DNA from: an uncultured virus (IMG/VR IMGVR_UViG_2934853166_000001)
Lineage: Duplodnaviria; Heunggongvirae; Uroviricota; Caudoviricetes
Virus record (IMG/VR): IMGVR_UViG_2934853166_000001
Strand: one strand, 5' to 3'
Length of the DNA stretch: 22,776 bases
Part shown: piece by piece, positions 1 to 7,198 of the stretch
Layout of the letters: each line of letters starts with the position of its first letter
How positions within the stretch are numbered: the first letter of the stretch is position 1
The notes under the pieces: generated by a model
Told to the model about the DNA's origin: nothing
What the model saw: the letters and a program-made list of their open reading frames with translations, nothing else
The model's database searches: none
Program-made: the position numbers and the translations under genes

Positions 1-260
1 GTTGGTGCGGTGTCCCCGCCCTGGAGGATCCGATACCAGGCGTAGATGCGGGACGCGGACCCGTCGGCGTAGGGCCACGTCACCCCGGGTAGCAGCGTCC
101 ATCCGGCGGGCGTGGACATGGTGAGGGACCCGCCGGACACGTGCCCCACGAGCAGGCCAATGTCGCCGGCAGCCCATCCCGCCGGGAAGGATGTGGCGAA
201 GCTGGTCGCAGTCGCGGAGCCGGGGTTGCCGGAGGCGACACCGACGTAGGAGACCGCCAC
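1..260 (-). CDS. Putative virion structural/receptor-binding protein, N-terminal part (runs off the window)
   Basis: Not in the ORF track. GTG at 260 follows a GGGGAGG RBS and the frame is open to base 1: MAVSYVGVASGNPGSATATSFATSFPAGWAAGDIGLLVGHV...STPAGWTLL...IYAWYRIL. The P-x-G-x-x-AGD / P-x-GWT pattern is typical of beta-sandwich phage tail/fibre domains. Confidence 0.75.
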   Translation of the reverse strand, partial: MAVSYVGVASGNPGSATATSFATSFPAGWAAGDIGLLVGHVSGGSLTMSTPAGWTLLPGVTWPYADGSASRIYAWYRILQGGDTAP

Positions 261-276
261 GGCGACCTCCCCGCAG

Positions 277-1203
277 TCAACGCATCAGGTCGACGAACGC
301 GGCCCGCTCGCGGTCCCTCACGTACGTCTGCCCTGACGGGTAGGCCAGGGTGGCGTGCAGATCGCAGTTGCCCCGGTAGAACCAGGCGACGTATGGCACG
401 TCCGGCAGCGCCCGCAGGAAGGCCATGTTGTCCCGCATCGCCTGCGCGCAGATCGCGCCGTCGAGGTCGTAGGTGGTCCCCGACTTGAGGGCCGGCTTGC
501 GTTGAATGCCCCACTCGGGAATCACCAACGGCCGACCAACCCGCCGGGCCGTGGCGAGCGCGAAGCCATTCCGCTCGGCCGGGGTGCGATAACGCTCATA
601 TCCGGTGTCGTAGATGTCGAACCCGACCGCGTCCACCCCGGGATAGGTGGCGACCTGCCCGAAGTCGGTCCACCACGAGGCGCTGCGGGTCGCCGCGTAC
701 TCGGTGAACACGGGCACCAACCACACCTCACGCCGACGCGGGTGGTCGGCCAGGGCCTCCAGCAGTTCCTTCCACTCCTGCCGATGCTCGGCGGGGGTAG
801 GGTCCCCGGAGTCTTGCTGCTCTGGTTCGTGGTCGAGGGTCACTAGGTCGATCACGCCGCGTCGGGCCGCCGGACGCGCCGACAGCCAGTCGCGGATCAG
901 CGCGGGCGAGGTGGTGCGAGACCAGTCCTTGAACGAGTAGTGCAGCACCGTTTGGGCTGGCACTTCGGCGAGCATTCCCGATGACCACGGGGCGATGCCT
1001 TTGCCCGGCGCGCTGTAGAGCCGCATCAGTCGGGGCTGCGGGTAGCGGGCCGCCATCCGCTGGATATCCGTCACCGTGCTGTCCGGTGGGCACCAGCCGA
1101 GCAGCGTTGACCGTGCCTCTACGGTGATCGTCGTCGCCGTGACGGTGGTGTTGCCGGCTGCGTCGCGGACCCGCCCGGTCAGGACGACCGTGCGGGTGGC
1201 CAT
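277..1203 (-). CDS. Glycoside hydrolase, clan GH-A / GH26-like TIM barrel, with an N-terminal Ig-type beta-hairpin
   Basis: Motifs LDHEPE (acid/base), YPGVDAVGFDIYD, PLVIPEWG (nucleophile) and terminal VAWF. Start overlaps the upstream stop (TGATG). Confidence 0.8.
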   Translation of the reverse strand: MATRTVVLTGRVRDAAGNTTVTATTITVEARSTLLGWCPPDSTVTDIQRMAARYPQPRLMRLYSAPGKGIAPWSSGMLAEVPAQTVLHYSFKDWSRTTSPALIRDWLSARPAARRGVIDLVTLDHEPEQQDSGDPTPAEHRQEWKELLEALADHPRRREVWLVPVFTEYAATRSASWWTDFGQVATYPGVDAVGFDIYDTGYERYRTPAERNGFALATARRVGRPLVIPEWGIQRKPALKSGTTYDLDGAICAQAMRDNMAFLRALPDVPYVAWFYRGNCDLHATLAYPSGQTYVRDRERAAFVDLMR

Positions 1204-1475
1204 CAGGCGACCGTGACCGTAAACCGGCCGGGCGCGGACGGGTCCTCGACGATCGTCACGCCCGGGTCGTTGGCGGTCAGCTCGTAGGTGAGCGGATCAC
1301 CGACGGTGAGGATCGTGTTGGCGGTCGCGGTCGCACCGTTCGCGTCGGTGACCGTGCCGGACAGGGTGATGGTGCGGGCGTCCGGGTCGAACGCGTCGAT
1401 CCACACCTGCACTGCCTGGCCAGGCTGCACAGTGTCCGGGGAGGCAGAGATGGAACGGATGATCGGGGCGGCCAT
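1203..1475 (-). CDS. Small Ig/PKD-like beta-sandwich protein (90 aa), putative virion appendage subunit
   Basis: ATG at 1475 follows AGGA. Sequence SASPDTVQPGQAVQVWIDAFDPD...GDPLTYEL and a TVTDANG turn are typical of PKD/Ig-like repeats. Confidence 0.75.
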   Translation of the reverse strand: MAAPIIRSISASPDTVQPGQAVQVWIDAFDPDARTITLSGTVTDANGATATANTILTVGDPLTYELTANDPGVTIVEDPSAPGRFTVTVA

Positions 1476-1498
1476 GGAGGTTCCTATCTGAATCATGG

Positions 1499-2035
1499 TC
1501 AGAGGGTGTCGCCGAGCCACGCGAACGTGACACCATCGGCGGCGAGCGGGGCGGTGTTGGCTGCGGTCCGGCGAGCCCAGAACGCGCGCACCTGGCCGGG
1601 GCCAATGTCACCGAGCGACAGGGCGGCACCGGAGGTGGTCGGCGTGGAGAACGTCACCCCGGCCGGCGCGGTCGTGTCGTTGGCGATCTGCACCGCCTGC
1701 GCCGACGACGAACCGACAGCCGACGCCGCAGTGGGGTCCACACCGATAGCCACCGACGCCCCACCAGAAACCTCAGCGGACATGTACACCTTCGCCGACT
1801 GGAGCGTCAGGCTGCCGTGGGTGTTGTGGACGAACACGCACGCATAGTCGACCTGACTCGCGGCGTTCTCGCTGCCGGTGATGTTCGGGAACAACCCGTT
1901 GGTGCTGCCGTCGGCGATCACCGTCGTCGACACGTACTTGCCGAGAGACGACCCCACCACCCCGGCCGTGGTGTTACCAGCCGACCCGGACGTGGTGGAC
2001 AGGCGGAACACAATGTCGGACGCGACGATCGCCAC
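1499..2035 (-). CDS. Putative virion structural protein (178 aa, Gly/Ser/Ala/Thr-rich beta protein)
   Basis: GGGGGTG RBS. The pattern MAIVASDI...SLG...LFPNI..SEN....DYACVFVHNTH...LGDIGPGQVRAFWARR resembles a recurring phage structural family. Lies in the morphogenesis operon. Confidence 0.75.
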   Translation of the reverse strand: MAIVASDIVFRLSTTSGSAGNTTAGVVGSSLGKYVSTTVIADGSTNGLFPNITGSENAASQVDYACVFVHNTHGSLTLQSAKVYMSAEVSGGASVAIGVDPTAASAVGSSSAQAVQIANDTTAPAGVTFSTPTTSGAALSLGDIGPGQVRAFWARRTAANTAPLAADGVTFAWLGDTL

Positions 2036-2045
2036 GGCGCACCCC

Positions 2046-2492
2046 CTACTCGGTGTCGATCACACCTGCGCGCTGGCAGGCGGCGATGATGTCGTCTCGG
2101 CCGGCGTCATCCGGGTAGGTGACCCCGGCGAGGTTGGCGTATGCCTGCCATGCGTCCAGGCCGCTACCCCGGCCACGGTGGGGTGGCGGCGGGGGAAGCG
2201 ACGGCTTCTCCGCCGGCTCCGGCTCGGCGGCCTTCACCGGCTCGTCGTCGTCGCTGTCCGGCGGCACGTCGGGTGCCGGCTCGGACACAGGCACCACCTC
2301 GGCTGGCCGCGCCTGCCGGTCCGGCTCCGACACCGGCACCGGGTCGCCCGGCCCCCCACCGTCCGCCGAAGCGGGGGCAGGAAGCCGGGCGTCCAACAGC
2401 TTGTACAGCTCGGTGACCACGTCGAGGACCGCCGCCACATGCTCGGCGGTCGACGTGTCCGGAGTCGGCAGGAATCTGCTGTGCAGAGTCAC
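2046..2492 (-). CDS. Hypothetical head-associated protein with Pro/acidic linker and C-terminal helix-extension-helix-like motif
   Basis: GTGA overlap with the upstream gene. C-terminus GSGLDAWQAYANLAGVTYPDDAGRDDIIAAC resembles small HeH/Rho-N-like modules found after capsid genes. Confidence 0.65.
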   Translation of the reverse strand: MTLHSRFLPTPDTSTAEHVAAVLDVVTELYKLLDARLPAPASADGGGPGDPVPVSEPDRQARPAEVVPVSEPAPDVPPDSDDDEPVKAAEPEPAEKPSLPPPPPHRGRGSGLDAWQAYANLAGVTYPDDAGRDDIIAACQRAGVIDTE

Positions 2493-2674
2493 AACAGCCC
2501 CCCATCGAGAGCGTTGAGAGCCTGCGCAACCTTCTGCGCTCGCCCCGCACTGTCGCCGCAGTCCGCCATGACCATGCCCCCTGTCAGGTCAACCACCAGA
2601 TAGTTGGAGGTGTCACCGACCGCCGCGCCCGCGTCGGCCGCGTAGAGGCCACGGACCACGACGTAGCGGGTCAC
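2489..2674 (-). CDS. Hypothetical protein (61 aa)
   Basis: GTG start overlaps the capsid gene stop and its stop overlaps the next start, so it fills the gap exactly (VTRYVVVRGLYAAD...ALNALDGGLL). Confidence 0.65.
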   Translation of the reverse strand: MTRYVVVRGLYAADAGAAVGDTSNYLVVDLTGGMVMADCGDSAGRAQKVAQALNALDGGLL

Positions 2675-3906
2675 GACTTGAGGCCGGTCGAAGCCACCGA
2701 AGACTTCGGGTCCATCAGGGTGCCGCCGAGGACCATGCGGACCCGGTACTGGATGGCGTCGTGTTCGAAGTCGCCCTCCTCCGGGGCGACCGGCCCGCCG
2801 CCGACCCGCATCGCGTTCGGCGACTTCACCCACAGCTCCGGGGTTTCGTGGCCGATCAGGAAACCCAGCTCCATGGCGGGGCGACCCACGTTCGGGTTCG
2901 CGAAGACGTACCAGGCAGTGTTGCCGGAGGTCGTGTTGACGATCGGCAGCCACGGGTTGACCACCACCTGGACGCGGTTACGCATCCAGTTGGTGACCCG
3001 AAGCTGGTCGTTGCCGGTGCCCGGCCCGCCGCCGGTCGCGGCGAGGATCTCGGTGGCGTTGATGATGTTGTTCGCGGCCACCTCCAGCGCGGGGGGCACC
3101 ACGAGGGTGACACCCTCCACGTAGATCGGCCCGCCGTCGGAGTCCTTCTGCTGGCCGAGAACCTGCATGGCCTGCTGGAGAGACGAGATCGACAGCTCCG
3201 GGTTCGCCGTCACCGTCGACCCGATCACCGTCGAGTTGATGATGTTCCGGTTGCCGGTGGAGAAGAACGTCGAGTTGGGGCCGGACGCGTCGGAGAACAG
3301 CTGCGCGGCGAACTTCTCCTCCGTGCGGCGGGCGGCGTTGCCGAGGCGGGTCGGCAGGTCGGTGAGGGCGTCGAGGTCGTCGTTGACCATCGTCTCCCAC
3401 GACACGGCGATCTGGTCGCCGTACTTCGCCACCGAGTAGCTGTACGCGTTGTCGGTGACACTGCGCACCTTGTACGGGGCGAGTTCCTTCACCTGGTTGA
3501 GGGTCGCCTCACCGCCGTCGAGCGTGTACCGCTTCACCGTGCGGAAGTCGCGGACCCGGCCCCGCTTGGCGTAGGTGGGCCACTGCACCGGCCGCGTCTG
3601 GTAGGCGGCGAGAAGCTGCCGGTCGATGATGTCACCGAACAGCACCGTGAAGTCGGCCCGACTCATCGCCTCCTGGAAGGCGACGGTGGCCCGACGGTCA
3701 CCCTCGATGGTGCCCCGGTACAGGCGGGTCAGACTCATCAGCCGCTGCCGGTAGTCGCGGGACTCCTGGCGGCGCTGTTGGCGGTTGGACAGCGGCATGC
3801 CGTCCGCGCCGAAGATCGCGTTGGTGCCGGCACCCTCGGTGCCGGCCTGGTAGGTGTCGAGCTGGCCCAGAGTTGCGGTGCCAGCGTCGAGCAGAGCGGA
3901 AGTCAT
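2671..3906 (-). CDS. Major capsid protein (HK97 fold, Mu gpT-like family)
   Basis: 411 aa with GAGGAG RBS. Motifs EAMSRADF, VRDFR, KYG..IAVSWETMVNDDLDAL, LVVPPALE, VVNPWL, FL.GHETPEL, DAIQYRVR. Located after the protease and cement genes. Confidence 0.92.
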   Translation of the reverse strand: MTSALLDAGTATLGQLDTYQAGTEGAGTNAIFGADGMPLSNRQQRRQESRDYRQRLMSLTRLYRGTIEGDRRATVAFQEAMSRADFTVLFGDIIDRQLLAAYQTRPVQWPTYAKRGRVRDFRTVKRYTLDGGEATLNQVKELAPYKVRSVTDNAYSYSVAKYGDQIAVSWETMVNDDLDALTDLPTRLGNAARRTEEKFAAQLFSDASGPNSTFFSTGNRNIINSTVIGSTVTANPELSISSLQQAMQVLGQQKDSDGGPIYVEGVTLVVPPALEVAANNIINATEILAATGGGPGTGNDQLRVTNWMRNRVQVVVNPWLPIVNTTSGNTAWYVFANPNVGRPAMELGFLIGHETPELWVKSPNAMRVGGGPVAPEEGDFEHDAIQYRVRMVLGGTLMDPKSSVASTGLKS

Positions 3907-3920
3907 GTGCGCTGGTCTCC

Positions 3921-4277
3921 TCAGTAGCCGACGCGAACGGGGATGGTGGTGGTCGCGCCGCTGCTGACCGCAGCCATCGCGTAGCCGAACCGGACCCCGT
4001 TCGTGGAGTCCTTGTTCAGCTTGTGGGGGGTGGCGGCGGTGTCGTAGTACAGGATGTCGCCGGCCGCGATCGCCGCGTCGGTGGTCGTCTCGCCCTTGAC
4101 GGACAGGTCGAACGTGCCGTTGAGGGCGACGGTGGTGACACCGTTGGAGTCCTCGGCGGTCAGCGCCACACCCGGGAGCTGCCCGAACAGCACCGGGTCA
4201 CCGGACTGCGGGGTGGTGGGGGCGGTGCAGACCAGCGGCAGGGACTCGGTCCACATGTAGACGGTGTTCTTCGCCAT
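3921..4277 (-). CDS. DUF2190-family capsid cement/decoration protein
   Basis: MAKN start, SGDPVLFGQLPGVAL, G.FDL, AIAAGDILYYD and FGYAMAAV...VRVG pattern. Lies between protease and major capsid genes. Confidence 0.85.
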   Translation of the reverse strand: MAKNTVYMWTESLPLVCTAPTTPQSGDPVLFGQLPGVALTAEDSNGVTTVALNGTFDLSVKGETTTDAAIAAGDILYYDTAATPHKLNKDSTNGVRFGYAMAAVSSGATTTIPVRVGY

Positions 4278-4279
4278 GA

Positions 4280-6196
4280 TCAGCCACGGCCCTTCGACGC
4301 GATGGAAGCTTGGGCCTCGTTCAGCCCGAGGGTGTCGGAGAAGAAGCTCTTGAGTTCGGCGTCGAACCCGTCGTCGGCGGGCGACTCCTGCCGGGGTGCG
4401 CCGAGCCCGTACGGCTGGCCAACACCGGCCTCTTCGAGGGCCTGCGCGCGGGCGGTCCGCACGTAGGTGGCCTCGTCGGCGATGACGGCGGTGATCCGCT
4501 CGCCCAGGACGGTCGTGTCGACGGCACCCTCGGCGGTGGTCGGGACCGCGTCGAGGATCCGGGCCGTCACCCTGGACCCGATCTGCCCGGCCACGTCGGC
4601 GTGCTCGGGGGAGCGCAGCGCGGCAGCGACAGCCTCAGTGGCGTGGGCCCGGTTCCGCAGCGCCGTGTTCTCCGACTGCTGGGCGGTGAGGGCGGCCTGC
4701 ACGGTGGCGAGCTGCTGGGTGACCGGAGTGAGGGCCTCGGTGAGGGCGGCGGCGACGAGCGCCTGCACGTCCACGCGCGGCGCGGCGGCCTCGGCGGCCG
4801 GGGCCGGCGGGTTGGTGGGGGCGGTGTCGACGACCGGTGCCGTCCCCGCCTCGGCCGGCGGCGTGCCGGTCGCGGTACCCGACATGTCGGGTCCTCCTTC
4901 GATGGGTGGGTTGGGTGCGGTCGGCGGGGTGCCGTCCGTCACGTCATCAGGGGTGGTACTGGCCGGCGGCGGGGTCGCCTCGGTGGGCGTGGGATCCGGC
5001 GTGGTGCAGGCGGCGGTGGCCTCTTCCGCCTGGGCGGTCTCCGGCGCGGGCGGCTCATCCCAGCGGTCCCGCTGAAACAGTTGCGGCGCATCCGCATCGA
5101 CCCGGGCCGTCCACGCCTGCAACGCGTCGCCGATCGCGCCCGACAGGGCGATCCGCTCGTCGCGGGACAGCCGCCCGTCGCCGTACATGTCGTCGGCGAG
5201 CTGCGTGAGCGCCAGATGCAGGCGGGACTCCAGCCACGCCCCCACATTCCGGGCCTCATCCACCGAGACGCTGTGCCCGACGGATTCGAGCACGGAGATG
5301 ATCGCGCCTCCCGCCGCTGGCTTGGTCACGAAGTCCACGGACCGGCCCGACTCGATGCGGTCGACCACGAAGCAGTCCCGGCCCTCGTACTCGCCGTGGT
5401 TCCCGGTGACCCATGCTCGGATGGACATGCCGATGTGCTCGGCCATGCTGGTGAGGGTTTCCCGCCACGGATGAAACAGTTGGACCTCAGCCACCAGCGA
5501 CTGCGACTCTTCGTCCCAACGGGCGTCCTCGGTGAGCACCCCGGCGAGGTTCTTGATCGAGCCGGAGGGGCGGGCGGCGTCCTCTTCATCGGTGGCGTGA
5601 TCGACGAAGGCTTGGCAGCCTCGGGCCCACGCCTTGTTCGCGGCGGCTGCCCGCAGCACCTCGGCCGGGTAGGCGTTTCCGTTGAGCGAGACTCCTGCGC
5701 GGATGAGACGCACAAGCATGCGGCCCGGCGTAGTGACGGTGGTACCGCCGACTGTCGCTTCCTCAACGCTTGTGCGCTCGACCTGGATGGTGTCGGCCTC
5801 TCCGGCGCTGTTGTTGCGCTTGTCTCCGGGCCAGTACCCGACCACATCCCGATGCAGTTCCGAGCAGTAGCCCTCAGGGTCGCTCATCTTGCCCTTGAGG
5901 GCTTTGACGCACCGAGTCCAGTCGCCCGCTGTGCCCCAGCCGATCTTGATTGCCCCGGGTCCAGATGTCCAATATTTCCGAAGTGTCGCAGCATTGCCGG
6001 ACTCGGCTTGATCGCAAGATGACTCGCCCTCACCCGCAGCCAGGCTTGGCCCGCTTTCCGGGCTCTCAGCGGCTTCCGCCTCCGGAGCGACAACCGCCTC
6101 GCTTGCCTCTCGCGTAACCAGCGCCGAACGGAATGCCGCCTCCGAGTACCGGCCGCCCTCTGAACTGAGGCTGATCTTTACGGGTCGCGTCGACAT
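4280..6196 (-). CDS. Prohead maturation protease-scaffold fusion with an N-terminal extra domain
   Basis: ATG at 6196 follows AGGAGG. Protease motifs IRAGVSLNGNAYP, FVDH (His), IGMSI (Ser), SVDFVTKPAAGG, then a Pro/Thr linker and an Ala-rich coiled-coil scaffold. Confidence 0.88.
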   Translation of the reverse strand: MSTRPVKISLSSEGGRYSEAAFRSALVTREASEAVVAPEAEAAESPESGPSLAAGEGESSCDQAESGNAATLRKYWTSGPGAIKIGWGTAGDWTRCVKALKGKMSDPEGYCSELHRDVVGYWPGDKRNNSAGEADTIQVERTSVEEATVGGTTVTTPGRMLVRLIRAGVSLNGNAYPAEVLRAAAANKAWARGCQAFVDHATDEEDAARPSGSIKNLAGVLTEDARWDEESQSLVAEVQLFHPWRETLTSMAEHIGMSIRAWVTGNHGEYEGRDCFVVDRIESGRSVDFVTKPAAGGAIISVLESVGHSVSVDEARNVGAWLESRLHLALTQLADDMYGDGRLSRDERIALSGAIGDALQAWTARVDADAPQLFQRDRWDEPPAPETAQAEEATAACTTPDPTPTEATPPPASTTPDDVTDGTPPTAPNPPIEGGPDMSGTATGTPPAEAGTAPVVDTAPTNPPAPAAEAAAPRVDVQALVAAALTEALTPVTQQLATVQAALTAQQSENTALRNRAHATEAVAAALRSPEHADVAGQIGSRVTARILDAVPTTAEGAVDTTVLGERITAVIADEATYVRTARAQALEEAGVGQPYGLGAPRQESPADDGFDAELKSFFSDTLGLNEAQASIASKGRG

Positions 6197-6227
6197 GACG
6201 CAGCGCCTCCTGCCTCCGTGCTGGTAG

Positions 6228-6269
6228 AACGACGAACGCCACCGGCGGTCTCCGGTGGCGTTCGTCGTT
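6228..6269 (-). terminator. 18-bp perfect inverted repeat, putative intrinsic terminator after the HNH gene
   Basis: AACGACGAACGCCACCGG-cggtct-CCGGTGGCGTTCGTCGTT, 8 nt past the HNH stop codon. Confidence 0.75.
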
Positions 6270-6277
6270 ATCAAGAT

Positions 6278-7063
6278 TTACGGTCGGACGCGCTGCTTCG
6301 ACTTCCACCGCAGCCATTCGATGAGGAACTTGTCACCCTTGCTGCTGTTGCAGGAGCGGCACGCTGGCACCAAGTTACCTTCGGCGTGTCTCCCGCCCCG
6401 GTTCAGCGGAACGAGGTGGTCGATAGTCTCGGCTGGCTGCGGACAGTAGGTGCAGGACCCGGCTCGAAGGCGACGAAGCACCTTGGCGGGAACCGGCAAG
6501 ACCTCGGCTTCCTGGAGCCGCACGCGCCGCGCGTGCACGTATCTGTAAACAACCTCAGGAGAACGATTCCGGCCCGCACATCGCTTGCTGCAATAAATCT
6601 TGTTCGTTGCTGCGGTAACAAAAACCACGCCACACACTAGACATGGTCGTTCGACCTTCGGTCGAGCCGCATAATAACGCGCGTGCAGATGCCATAGGCT
6701 GCCGCACCGGCGTGAACAGAACCGCGACTGATTCCAGTGCTGACGTATTACCGGAGACCCACATCGCGCACATGCCCGCATGGGCGGGTCCGCCACAGGT
6801 AGCCCTAGACGCTGACGGTTCCGGCCGCGCTGGTAGCAGGCATCGGTGCAGTAGACGGTGCCATGATGGCGACCTTCAAGGCTGGTGGCGCAGACAGGGC
6901 AGGCGGCGAGAGTGGGCTTGTCTGCCTCGGGCTTGCCCCGGTGCCGCCGCTCCTTGGACCTACGACGGCATCGTTCGCTACAGAAGCGCCGGTTACGGCT
7001 CGGGGACTCGTCGTCAAACTGCGCCGAGCAGGCGGCGCAGTTTTTGATGGTAGGCTCGCGCAT
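6278..7063 (-). CDS. HNH endonuclease with four N-terminal Cys4 zinc-finger repeats
   Basis: ATG at 7063 follows GGAGG. Four CxxC...(F/Y)C(S/T)xxC repeats, then CTYC...IDHLVPLNRGGRH...NLVPACRSCNSSK (McrA-type HNH). Confidence 0.9.
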   Translation of the reverse strand: MREPTIKNCAACSAQFDDESPSRNRRFCSERCRRRSKERRHRGKPEADKPTLAACPVCATSLEGRHHGTVYCTDACYQRGRNRQRLGLPVADPPMRACARCGSPVIRQHWNQSRFCSRRCGSLWHLHARYYAARPKVERPCLVCGVVFVTAATNKIYCSKRCAGRNRSPEVVYRYVHARRVRLQEAEVLPVPAKVLRRLRAGSCTYCPQPAETIDHLVPLNRGGRHAEGNLVPACRSCNSSKGDKFLIEWLRWKSKQRVRP

Positions 7064-7094
7064 GCGAGAACCTCCGCAGAAGGTGATCGCCACA

Positions 7095-7139
7095 GCCCGG
7101 GGGTGTTAGCGCACCCGCCGGGCCCTTTCGTTCATTATC
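7095..7139 (-). promoter_or_regulatory. Putative HNH-specific promoter (-10 GATAAT) and 5' leader hairpin
   Basis: Minus-strand GATAAT at 7134-7139, followed by the hairpin GCCCGG-C-GGGTG-cgctaa-CACCC-CCGGGC (7095-7123) and then the RBS. The -35 match is weak. Confidence 0.5.
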
Positions 7140-7198
7140 GCAGATCAGACCACATTGGACACCCCGCTATCCTTGCACCGAAAGCGATCTACGACACG

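Noticed and set aside
3921..4277. RecA/RadA-type recombinase label sometimes attached to this family
   Set aside because: Only 118 aa with no Walker motifs; size and position fit a capsid cement protein.
4310..6022. 570-aa plus-strand ORF, and similar long plus-strand ORFs at 2761-3927, 9555-11375, 12421-13461, 17048-18418 and 20229-21437
   Set aside because: Antisense shadows of well-supported minus-strand genes in high-GC DNA, with no recognisable motifs.
5810..7198. Intein or group I intron associated with the HNH/protease
   Set aside because: No Cys/Ser...His-Asn splice motifs and no interrupted reading frame. The flanking non-coding stretches (about 80 and 135 nt) are too short for an intron core.
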